DNA of 64,000 bases, taken from assembly GCF_001194135.2 (NCBI RefSeq), contig NC_068997.1:17105320-17169319 (forward strand), in the 5' to 3' direction. The position numbers were made by a program, and so were the translations under genes. The notes beneath the pieces were generated by a model. That model had not been told where the DNA came from, did not search any database, and saw only the letters and a list, made by a program, of their open reading frames with translations. How positions within the stretch are numbered: position 1 is the first letter of the stretch; the number at the start of each line of letters is the position of its first letter. The stretch is from Octopus bimaculoides (Eukaryota). Of the stretch, positions 52,381 to 64,000 are shown in pieces.

Positions 52381-53279
52381 TCGTCCATCTACTCCTCCCC
52401 ATTCTATTGATCTACTCCTCTCATCAAGTTGACGTAGTCGAAAAAACATTTGTTTGCTCAATCACTTCTAATACCCGGATTTAGGTGACCCTCGACTACC
52501 ATTTCAGGAACAGTGATTGATGATAACAAACAAATAGGGCTTGCTTTCGTTGTTGTTACCTCAGCCACTCTCAGTTACATTCTCCTCACGTTTCTACTTC
52601 TTAAGGGCAAAAATGTCTCATGTTGTTTTTATTACAACAGATGTGGTTTCATTTTGTCACTTTGCATTTCGCCACTTTGAATCTACCTCCATAAATATAT
52701 ATTTTATTATATGATCCCATATAGATTGCTTAACAAAAAAAAAAAAAAGAAAAGAAAAGAAAGAAAGAAAGAAAATTAAAATTAAAATTCAAGGAAGCCA
52801 TAGTTGCAATACTTTTCTGATCACACATCTGAATCAGTAGAGCTACCATGAGGCTTAAAAACAGCAAAACTGCAAGAAACGCAATCGCAAAACAGTTTAT
52901 TTTAAAACATTTACTGGTCCTTTGCTCGATATTTGTTATTCCAGTCGCTCTTGTTCTCAGATTTAAATTTATTTTACGTTGCATATTTCCGTAGAACAAA
53001 TTTTCTCAGCTTGCTTTTCTCAGAAGAGAAACTTTCCAGAAGACCCCATTCGGCATACTTGTCCCTCACCCTCGACTGCTGGTTAATCTGTAATCATTTA
53101 TATCATACGTCAACGGAACTAATCTGTCTCAGTCATCGCTGATTGCTCTCTGCCCTTCCACACATAACAGCAAACAGGAACAAAATAGGTTAAAGGCACA
53201 CCCATTGTTTCTTCAAGTGAATAACAACAACAACAACTACACCATCATCAACAACGACAACAACTGCTACTGTGACAAT

Positions 53280-53340
53280 CATTATACTGATTATGATGAT
53301 GATGATGATGACGATGACGGCGATGATGATGATGAGGAGG
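53280..53340 (+). repeat. (GAT)n microsatellite abutting the LINE 3' end
   Basis: Directly visible. Confidence 0.9.
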
Positions 53341-53344
53341 GGGG

Positions 53345-54605
53345 ATTTCTTTATTAACCACGGGGGTTTACATTAAGAAAAGCATTATGGACAGTATGTG
53401 TGTGAGTGTATGTTGTGGGGGTTTTGCGTGTAAACAAAACTAACAAAATTAAAACAGAAATCAACAATGTGTGATCCTCAACAGGGAGGAGACGTTCAAG
53501 GACTGCTCATGGAAAAATCTCATAAAACTATGTGTACCCTAATTTGGTGGGGCAGGTGTCCCTGTTCCTTTCCCTTTTTCCAACTACAGGCATATGCTCA
53601 GGACAGGCCCGTTCACTTGTACCATTATCGCAACTTTCATTCATCTTTCAGTAAACTGGCTAGAAGACAACACTTCCCTCTCTACTCTTATTTTTCTCTA
53701 CAAGTGAATCTTAAAGAAGCTGATCAGAGATTGACCGAAGAGAAAAGTGTTTGTCTTCAGCCCCTTCAATCTCGTCTACCATGCAACTTCTTTGGCCATG
53801 GCCATCAGGCACATAAACTTAGCCTTTTCTTCCCGGTAAATGAAGGAAGCGGCGCGATCTTCGCCATGGATTCAGTTGATAGCCGGATCCGTCCCACACG
53901 CGACAGCAGGTGTTCGATATAAACCCACAGGTCAGTATGCTCGCGCATTGGACAAGTGCAGACAGGACCGTCTCGTCGTCTAGTGTGCATCTCGCACATG
54001 CCCGGTTGACGGCACTTCTGTACCTGTAAAGTCTCTCTCGAACAAGCGAAACTCCCCGGTAGCACTACCGGGCTAGAGATTTTTGGCAATTATCCATCGG
54101 TCCCGGAACGAACGTTCTCCGGAAAAGAGTGGCTAGCTGATGTTCTTCGACGCCCAAGGTCTCCCGAAGAAAGTCGTCGCACCTTCCTTCCACTAATTCT
54201 CTACAAAAAGCTAAATTGGACGTTCCACCTATCGCAGTGTCAGATTGGCCGAGGGCTGTGAGCGCTGGAAGACATTCCACTTTCCAAATGCTCCCCTGGG
54301 TCTCTGTTTTACCCAGGACTATAGCTCCATTTTAGAAACTAACTGCAGAAATACGTATCTGGCGAACGGTGATCACACTTGTTCACCGTCAAGGAAGCAC
54401 TGTAGATGTCGTAGCTTCAGCACATGTCTGCGCATGCCCAAGTCGACACGCAGCGCTGTTGACAGCAGATATACCGCCTAACCATTGGGTCTCGTCCCTT
54501 CCAAACGAAGCGGAAGAGTGTATGATCCAACGTAATGAGAGAGTGGCCGGGACAAGGTACGATGGTCAAGTGATATATGACGGTCGAGATATACACGTTA
54601 GCCAA
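53345..54605 (-). mobile_element. L1/Tx1-type LINE, 5'-truncated ORF2 C-terminal half plus complete 3' UTR
   Basis: YHLTIVPCP..LDHTLFRFVWKGRDPMVRRYICC, FCRELVEGRCDDFLRETLGVEE, a Cys/His-rich zinc-knuckle-like stretch, RKIRVERE..VNGPVLSICL*. Ends AAACCCCCGTGGTTAATAAAGAAAT. Frameshifted. Confidence 0.8.
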
Positions 54606-55279
54606 CTCTGCTAAACAATATTGTTAATAATAGATCGTTTCTTTACAAATCACAAACGTTCGAAGAAACTCATAAAAAGACGTCAAATATGGGGTATATA
54701 TATTATACTGTTAACATGAGCCAACAGTGCACAATTAATTGAGAAACTTAGATGCATCATGAACCAGCGAGTGATCTTCTAATCGGTTGCTGGAGCTGTT
54801 AGCAATACCAGAACATTCTTTCCTTAAGCCGCACACAACGCTTTAAATATGTTAGGTCACATTAGGAATGTGTAAATAAAAAGAAAAAAAGAATGCGATA
54901 ATCAGAGCATGTTGATCGTACATAGTTATTAATACATAGTTATCAGGACTAATTGGGGATAATCAATAACTATGAATTCATCACATCGATTAGTTTCTAA
55001 TTTAATGTTTCTGAGTTTAAATCAAACACATACTGAAATTACCTTATATTTAGGCGTTATTTTAACCCTCGGAGAAAATAATGGTTACAGATTTGAAGTA
55101 ATATTTTATACTTGGCGTCCAAAAGTATATTCTAGAACATCTTTAAACCCGTATACAGGCAAGAATCGACAAGATGATCGACGAAAAATACATTAGAAAA
55201 CGTACCATCCTTCAACTAATGGTACACACGATAGAATCTTCTATATGTAAAATAGTGTTTTGTATTATATCGATTTCAA

Positions 55280-55472
55280 ATTTTAAGACAAGGCCAGCAA
55301 TTTAGGGAGAGAGAGGAATTAGACTACATAGACTCCAGTGCTCAACTGGTACATATTTCATCGCCCCCAAAAGGATGAAAGGTAAAGTTGACCTCGGTGG
55401 CATTTGAACTCAGAACGTAAAGATTGAAGAAATGCCGCTAAGCATTTTCCCCGTCGTGCTAACGATACTGCC
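55280..55472 (-). mobile_element. SINE family B, near full length (type-2 tail)
   Basis: High similarity to 45075-45225. Confidence 0.85.
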
Positions 55473-56018
55473 TGTGTTGTAAAATGTCATTATATGGAAA
55501 CTCTTATGCAACATGTTTAAAATGTAAAAGCAGCAACCAATGGAGATGAATTATATAAAGTCAAATATTTTGGAAATTCTGGAGCATGTAGAGGAAGCAA
55601 ATGGTAACGGAATGTGGATAAAGCTAGCTGAGGAAAGTAGCGGACATGTTTCGGTTCTATTAGACATCGTCAGTGAAGAATACTCTACTCAGAAGTCAAT
55701 TTTAAAAATGATTAACATCTATAAAATTTGAAGCAACGTAATGGTACTATATCCATAGAAACAGAAGCTGCACACAAGCACACATCCACAAACATAGATG
55801 CGCTCAAACGCACAAATACACAAGACATGTTTGTCTCCACAGCAATTGAATGTTGCATAATGGTCTGTCTTCGCTGTATGTACATTACAGCGCAGTTTTC
55901 ACATACGCACACACACACACACTCTCTTTCTTTCTCTCTCTCTCTCTCTCAGTCCCTTTCTTTCTAACTTTCATCCATATTTACACATATTCGTAGGAGT
56001 GAACACATACACATACAC

Positions 56019-56085
<67 letters not shown>

Positions 56086-56254
56086 CAAAACACATACTTT
56101 CGAAAACATTTAACTCACTTCTTTTCCCCCGAAAATCTTTTTGTTAAAAAAAAAAACAATTAAGAAAAGGCAAAAAGTAACGTCGAAAATCGTATGAATA
56201 TAAAGCTCACAGAGATATAAATACTTGCTAAATCCTAAGTTAAGAATCAAGATG

Positions 56255-56290
56255 ATAATAATAATAATAACGATAATAATAATGATGATG

Positions 56291-56345
<55 letters not shown>

Positions 56346-56370
56346 TGATGATAAAAACAATAATAATAAT
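56255..56370 (+). repeat. (ATA/ATG)n microsatellite
   Basis: Directly visible. Confidence 0.9.
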
Positions 56371-56879
56371 TTATAAATATGAAGATAAGTATATGTTTGT
56401 GCGCATATACATTCATGTATATAAGCTCTTGCGTATTTGCGCCTACATATGGGCTGACCTCTGCATGTGTGTGTGTGTGTGTGTGTGTATGCGTGTGTGA
56501 TTGTGCGCATGTTTGTGTGTGTGTGTGCGTGCGCGCAGGCATGCATACAGGCGCGCGTGAATGTGTGCGTGTGTGTGTGGGTGTGGCTCTGTTATGATGC
56601 ACGTGTGCCCTGTAACGGTGGCGATGGTGGTGTCACCCAACCCCCATCTCTTGCCATTGTTTTAGGACACGAGCTATCTAGAGCCTGTGGGGTAAAAAGG
56701 GTTTAAGCTTTGATGCTTTTGTGGAAAGGGAGGGATTGTCATTCACGCTGAGGAATCATGTATTCATGTGTGTATGTATGAATGAACGTGTGTACGTGTC
56801 GCTCTTTGTATGTGTGTTTGCGACTAAATGTGTATATGAAATACATGTGCTCTCTCTCACTCGCTGACACAAATACACG

Positions 56880-56950
<71 letters not shown>

Positions 56951-57788
56951 TCAGCATACGTGTGCATATATGTGGATTAATCTAGCTCCATGTAATACAC
57001 CAGACGATAGAAATGTATGGGATTCTCTAAGATTTATAAATGAACTTACAGGGCACACACCTATATATGTGTATGTGTAATGTGATATATACATATACAT
57101 ACACATATGTGTGTGCATGTATATATGTGTGTGTTTAAATGTATAATACACGCATACTCGTAAAGAACATACAAGAACGTGCATTTAATGGAATCGTTAT
57201 TGATATTCATAATATTGATGATATTTCTACCGTTGTTGTGTCTGTAATTGTTATCGATATAATCTTTTACATTAATTGTTTCGTTGTTGTTATACTCTTT
57301 AGTCAGTATAAACATATACAATACACAGTTTCTCATGTTGTTATATATTTTTTGTTGTTTTAATAACCATAGTTGTTGGTGGTTTAATCTTTCAGGATAT
57401 TCGTGTGTTAGTTTGCTTTGCTGTTCTTTAGCTTTAACTCAAATTTGAATTCATTGACTTACGATCAAAAACTTTCCAGGCGTAGGAATCCGATCATCGA
57501 ATCAATGGAACATCGGGGTTACACCAACATTTCAACTCTAAATATAACCACAAACTTTCCACTCTATATACAAAGTATGGAAAGCTGAAACAGGACTAAA
57601 TTACATTGATTTGGTCAGTAAAAGCAAAGGTATATTGTATTGCTTCGAACGGGTTAGTTAACGTGCGAAATAGAAGTTAATGAAGTAACCTCCTTAATAC
57701 TAAGAAAATCTGAAGAAATAAGGAGAAATAAAATGCGATAAAGTAAATTAATTAATAGAATAAATGTATAGAGAAAATAATAGACACA

Positions 57789-57948
57789 GGAGTGGCTGTT
57801 TGGTAAGAAACTTGCTTCCCAAACACATGATTCCGGATTCAGCCCCACTGCGTGGTACCTTAGGCAAGTGTCTTTTACTAGAGCCTCGAGCCGACCAAAG
57901 CCTTGTGACTGGATTTGGTAGACGGAAACTGAAAGAAGTCCGTCGCAT
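57789..57948 (+). mobile_element. SINE family A 5' half (tRNA-like head plus CORE-like segment)
   Basis: GGAGTGGCTGTTTGGTAAG..GGATTCAGCCCC..ACCTTAGGCAAGTG..GGTAGACGGAAACTGAAAGAAG. Possibly one of the octopus tRNA-derived SINEs (OK/OR families); not verified. Confidence 0.85.
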
Positions 57949-57949
57949 A

Positions 57950-57980
<31 letters not shown>

Positions 57981-58410
57981 NNNNNNNNNNNNNNNNNNNN
58001 NNNNNNNNNNNNNNNNNNNNNNNNNNNNNNNNNNNNNNNNNNNNNNNNNNNNNNNNNNNNNNNNNNNNNNNNNNNNNNNNNNCTTCCGATCTATATATAT
58101 AAAGACATACACGCACACTGTGTGTGTATATTTAGAGTTGAATTTGATGGCGTAATCACATGATCTTCCGGTTATCTGATGAGTTAGGTTATTTTATTTG
58201 CACTAATTTGTAAATATATAATATTTTATATTGCTGAGCATACATATTGATGCAAACATCGCGTAGTTTCTTCTATAGTGAAATTAATAATATACGAAGA
58301 AGGTTGCGAAACGGCCGTAACCCTTTCAAAGTCATGTGGTTAAATAAATATAAATTCTCCTCTTATGTTTAACCCCTTGTGGGTAATAAGGGAATATAGA
58401 GGTAATGTAA

Positions 58411-58612
58411 GGCAGTGAGCTAGCAGAGTCGTTAGCATTTCATCCCCGTCCGCCTTTATGTCCTGAGTTCAAATTCCGTCCAGGTAGACATTGCCTTTCA
58501 TTCTAGCGGGGTCGATAAAATAAGTATTAGTTGAGTTCTCAGCTTGATGTAATCTAATCGACTTACCCGCTCTCCCGAAATGCTGATCTTGTGCAAAAAA
58601 TTCAAATCATTA
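58411..58612 (+). mobile_element. SINE family B (internal deletion in head, type-2 tail), preceded by an orphan type-1 tail at 58355-58398
   Basis: GGCAGTGAGCTAGCAGAGTCGTTAGCA..GAGTTCAAATTCCG..TTGCCTTTCATT..GGGGTCGATAAAATAAGTA. Confidence 0.8.
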
Positions 58613-59293
58613 TAAAGGTACGATATGGATATAGTAAGTGCACAACAGGAAATGATATTCCCATTTGGAATTTCCAAATTCTGGAAGCATTGTTTTGTAC
58701 TACATAGACATAGAAGCCTTGCAGATAGCGTTCTAACCAAGATTGTTGTTCTTTCTTAAGGATGCGTTGAGGATTTTGTTTATAAATTAGAAGCTAAACA
58801 CGAGGTTAAATAGAAATTATGAACTTTCAATTCAAATCTGCCTAATAGGCATGACAGGTTTACACTGACGTATTGGAAACTACTAGTTGACCATTAAACT
58901 ATTCTACATTCTTTGACGCCGATGTTGATGAAATGAAAGGTGAAATGCGATAGGATTTGGTATGTGTATTGTCGCTCCAACTACCGTTAGAATGCAAAAC
59001 CGGAGTGCAGATTTTGTAAGCCATTTCTTGTTACGCTCTAACAATTTCACCATTTATCCCTCTGGGCTTGGACTAAGTTTATTGACTCGAAAGAAGGCAA
59101 AATAAAGTCTACAACAATAATTTATCCGTCAACTGAAAAACGGCAAATTCTTGAAGACTATCCATAAGATATTCCGAAAGTTATTCGCATTATAATTGTG
59201 ATGCGAAAGTCGACCAACTCATACGGTACTGCAAGAAAGTTTCCATGAAACTCACGCCGACCAATTACGCCCAAACGTCACGTAAACATGCGA

Positions 59294-59339
<46 letters not shown>

Positions 59340-60799
59340 GTATGGGTGGGTGTATGAATATATATATGTATATTCATGTATATNNNNNNNNNNNNNNNNN
59401 NNNNNNNNNNNNNNNNNNNNNNNNNNNNNNNNNNNNNNNNNNNNNNNNNNNNNNNNNNNNNNNNNNNATATATATATATATATATATATATAGATAGATA
59501 GATAGATAGATATAGATATATATAAATATATGCGTATGCATGTGTGTGTGGAGGGAGGCATGTTTAGCTATTCACATACCTATCTGGTAATATATAGCTT
59601 TACGTTTTTCTGTCTTCTCCCTTCCTCTCATACACTCTTGATCTCTGTTGATCTCTCTTGCGATCCATACACATATATAGACGCCTTCACACATTGTGAT
59701 AACTCTTTTAAAACGCTATAAAATTTACGGAAAACAAAAAACAATATATAACAAAAAATATGAAGCAGAGAGTGTAAAATATTTAATAAACGTAAAAATA
59801 ACTCCAAAATATCAAAATTTACAAAAGAATATATGAAAAACAAGAAAAATTAGAAAAGTAAATAATTTTTTATATTTAGAAAAAAAAAAAAAATAAGGAA
59901 GGAATACAAAAACCTATAAAAAATGAAATATCTCTCTTCAAAGTGTCTGTGACACTAATAACATTCTCTTTCTAAAGAGAAAATTGAGTCAATGCATTTA
60001 AATGTGCACTTATGATTTTAACTATAGAGTGCAACGTGCAGTGAATGTGCGCCTGGAAAAATAAATAAATAAATAAAATGAAAAAATAAATATCGTGAAA
60101 ATAAATAACGAAATATATAAAACAGAAATTAAAAATTAGAAATATTAAAGACAAAAAAATAATAATAATAATAATAAAAACCCTTAGCAAAACGTACATG
60201 GAAAAGCAAAAAGAAAACAAAAATCAACCAAAAAATTGCTGAAAAAATTTGTTAGAAGCTAGTTGTAAACTTGTAGCATAAAAGTGGTTATTAAAAACTT
60301 GAATACGTTGAACATGTGGAGACAAATTGAGTAGCAAAATATCGTAATCGTCTGAGTCAACATCCCTTCCCTCATCTTCCATCTCTTTTGAAACCTTTCA
60401 TCTATATGTCTCTACCTAGCCGTTATTTATCATAAAAATTAAGTATACACACACACACACACACTCACACATATATATCATACATAGATACGTACATACA
60501 TACATATATATATATGTATATGTATATGTATATATATATATACACACGCATATATATATATATATATATATATATACGTATATATATGTATGTATATATT
60601 TATATATATATATATATATATGTCTATACATTCATACATATACATACATATATATATATATATATACTTATACATACACATATATACAAAATAGTTGTAT
60701 ATATCTATACGAACATATGTGTATGTGTGTAAATATTTGTACATCTCTACGTATATATATATATATGTATATGTATGTATATGTATGTATATGTATATA

Positions 60800-60858
<59 letters not shown>

Positions 60859-61544
60859 GTGTATGCGCGCGTATGTGTATGTATACATGTCTGTGTATGT
60901 ATACATTCAATTTCTTCTTGACTCTCAAATACTTTACTCATTAACCGTAGTGTCACCATATCTAAATATGCATGTCTGTCTGTCTGTTTCTCTGTATATA
61001 CATATATGTATGTATCTACACATATATATGTATATCTATCTCTCTATCTAGCTATCTATCTATCTACACACACACATACATACGNNNNNNNNNNNNNNNN
61101 NNNNNNNNNNNNNNNNNNNNNNNNNNNNNNNNNNNNNNNNNNNNNNNNNNNNNNNNNNNNNNNNNNNNNNNNNNNNNNNNNNNNNNNNNNNNNNNNNNNN
61201 NNNNNNNNNNNNNNNNNNNNNNNNNNNNNNNNNNNNNNNNNNNNNNNNNNNNNNNNNNNNNNNNNNNNNNNNNNNNNNNNNNNNNNNNNNNNNNNNNNNN
61301 NNNNNNNNNNNNNNNNNNNNNNNNNNNNNNNNNNNNNNNNNNNNNNNNNNNNNNNNNNNNNNNNNNNNNNNNNNNNNNNNNNNNNNNNNNNNNNNNNNNN
61401 NNNNNNNNNNNNNNNNNNNNNNNNNNNNNNNNNNNNNNNNNNNNNNNNNNNNNNNNNNNNNNNNNNNNNNNNNNNNNNNNNNNNNNNNNNNNNNNNNNNN
61501 NNNNNNNNNNNNNNNNNNNNNNNNNNNNNNNNNNNNNNNNNNNN

Positions 61545-61613
<69 letters not shown>

Positions 61614-62253
61614 ATACAAATATATACATATATGTGTATATACATATATATACATATATATATTTGTGTGTGTGGCTATGTGTATATGTGTGTATACTTT
61701 GCTAATTATATAAATATATATTTATACACATACACACACATATTATACATATCCCCCCTCCACCTGTTTCTCTTATTATCTCTTTTGTCTCCCTGTATCA
61801 CTCTTTTGTCTACCATACATGTTCGTACTCATAAAGACATAAATATCCAGTCTAAACAAATTGTATTATACAAGAAACGACATTACGTGGAGCAAAATAA
61901 TTCCTACTTGTTTAGTTGTCCCTTTCTTTTCCGTTTCTCTCTCACCCACAACTATAGTCTGACTCTCTCTTCTCCTACCCCCTCTCTCTCTGCCATCTCC
62001 TTTTTTCTACTTCTCTTACCACTCCATCTCCGTTTCTTCCACTCACTCCCACTCTCTATTTCTTTCACTATATCCCTCTTAACGTCTCTCTCTCTCTCTC
62101 TCTCTCTCTCGCTCATTCTCCATTAGTAATCTCTTTCCATCCCTCACTCATTCACACGAAACAGCTGTCTGTTACTCAGTAGACATTACCCTTTATGAAT
62201 GAACTTACAAACCATGTGGTTGGTAAACAAGCTACTTACCACACAGCCACTCC

Positions 62254-62316
<63 letters not shown>

Positions 62317-62340
62317 AAGAGATAGACAGACAGACAGATT

Positions 62341-62347
62341 GACAGAC

Positions 62348-62420
<73 letters not shown>

Positions 62421-62437
62421 GATAAATAAATAGATAA

Positions 62438-62505
<68 letters not shown>

Positions 62506-62527
62506 GTGGATAGATAGATAGATAGAT
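62341..62527 (+). repeat. (GATA)n microsatellite, representative of many dozens of di- and tetranucleotide tracts in the window
   Basis: Directly visible. Confidence 0.95.
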
Positions 62528-62559
62528 TCAGCAATGTAACTACACACGTCCTGTTAATG

Positions 62560-62697
62560 ATGCTTTTTCCTTCCTTGAACTTTTTCCTCTTTTCTTTTTC
62601 GACGAAAGGCTATGCTCGAAACGTCAAAAATTCTCTCTTACTGAGAGTAAAACAAATACATTCCTTGTGCACGTCTTCTTCCTGTCTGTTATTGTTA
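62560..62697 (+). mobile_element. PLE terminal fragment with degenerate hammerhead motif (62595-62630)
   Basis: TTTT-TCGACGA-A-AGGC(TAT)GCTC-GAAA-CGTC-AAAAA; the downstream sequence is homologous to 72-150. Confidence 0.55.
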
Positions 62698-63191
62698 ATC
62701 TTATTGTTCGTTTATTTGAAATGACAATATGTGTACGAGCGAGCGCGCGCTCAACTAGTACCAACTTCATAATCACGAAACGAATACCGAGGCAAAGATT
62801 CGAGGTGACGTAACCTATATTCCGAAGTACAAGTGCTCAAAAGCACATCTATAGGCTCTCATACTTGGATCTGCTTGTTTTCGAGTCGATGTACACGTAT
62901 ATGTTACTCTCTTTGCCTGCTTCTTCCTAGCTTTCTATGCGTGCTTACGTATCTATATACGTGTATCTCTGTATATTTTGTAATGAATTTCTTTCATATT
63001 AGTCTATTAACATTCTCATAATTCACGTCTTTTTCAATTTTATTTCCTGACTCACAAAAGAGCATTCGGCAGCAGCCATAGCCTCATTATATACCTGATT
63101 CATCTCGATTACTTTCAAACGTTCTCTTAAAATACATTTACCTGTATGCATACATATATACATATACACACACATAAACACACACGCATAT

Positions 63192-63222
<31 letters not shown>

Positions 63223-63284
63223 CACATACATATATATATACATACACACACACACACACGTATATATATATACATGCATATGCG

Positions 63285-63324
<40 letters not shown>

Positions 63325-63399
63325 TGTGTGTGTGTGTATACATATGTATATATAAGCATATATATATATGCACATATATATATATATACACACACATGT

Positions 63400-63492
<93 letters not shown>

Positions 63493-63881
63493 GTTCTGTG
63501 GCAACATGTGTGGGGCAAGTTGTAAGATATGCCACCGATGAGCAGGAAGTAGTGCTTTCGTTCATCAGTCGACCAGTTTAAACGTAATCAAGTCGTTAGT
63601 TGTAAGCGAATAATTCTCTTTGTAGAAAGAGTAAAATCTTCAGAACAACCCAATAAAAAATCATCTACTCGACAACTTGACCTGCTGGAAATGCTTGTCA
63701 AATTTTGTTGAAACGCAACCAGACTAAAGCAGAAACCGTTAATAGGTAGGGAATGAGAGACAAGCAGCTAGATGATTTGTTATATAGCTCATTTTAAACA
63801 AATAACACTGTGCTTCAACGTAGCCCATTTTTAAAGAGACAGATTAAACTCACGGCTATTTCTTATTTTAAGAATTCATAA

Positions 63882-63988
63882 GGCGGTGAGCTGGCAGAAT
63901 CGTTAGCACGCCGTACAAAGCGCTTTGCGATATTTCGTTCGTCTTTACGATCTGAATTCAAACACCGTGAGTTCGACATTGCCTTTCA
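63882..63988 (+). mobile_element. SINE family B 5' half
   Basis: GGCGGTGAGCTGGCAGAATCGTTAGCACGCCG...TTCGACATTGCCTTTCA. Confidence 0.85.
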
Positions 63989-64000
63989 GCAATAAAAGGA

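Noticed and set aside
58170-58210. Isolated CTGATGAG (also reverse-strand CTGATGA at ~25615, ~42085, ~63565)
   Set aside because: No stem II-GAAA-stem III context, so not hammerheads.
62715-62825. CpG-rich patch with GAGCGCGCGCTC palindrome and CRE-like TGACGTAA
   Set aside because: Short, with no independent promoter evidence.

Overview
AT-rich animal DNA from a short-read assembly with many N gaps, saturated with microsatellites ((AC)n, (AT)n, (AG)n, (ATAG)n, (ATAC)n and trinucleotide runs). The repeat landscape resembles an octopod cephalopod; this is inference, not proof. I found no supportable host protein-coding gene. Nearly all ORF-track entries are translated microsatellites or gaps, so the window looks intergenic or deep-intronic. 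Recognisable content is transposon-derived: two abundant tRNA-headed SINE families (called A and B here), a CORE/V-like SINE, relics of CR1-, L1/Tx1- and R4/Dong-type LINEs, a deleted mariner, several MITE/foldback elements, and three Penelope-like element ends carrying minimal hammerhead-ribozyme motifs. The most interesting locus is a GC-richer 839-bp LTR-like unit (48754-49592, TGTCAT...ATGACA). It has 60-bp tandem repeats, a TATA box and Inr 29 bp apart, and two overlapping hammerhead-like cores, each with an extra hairpin inserted before stem II. Also notable is a shared 3' terminus between L1/Tx1 LINE copies and some family-B SINEs. All assignments were made by eye; no searches or folding programs were run.
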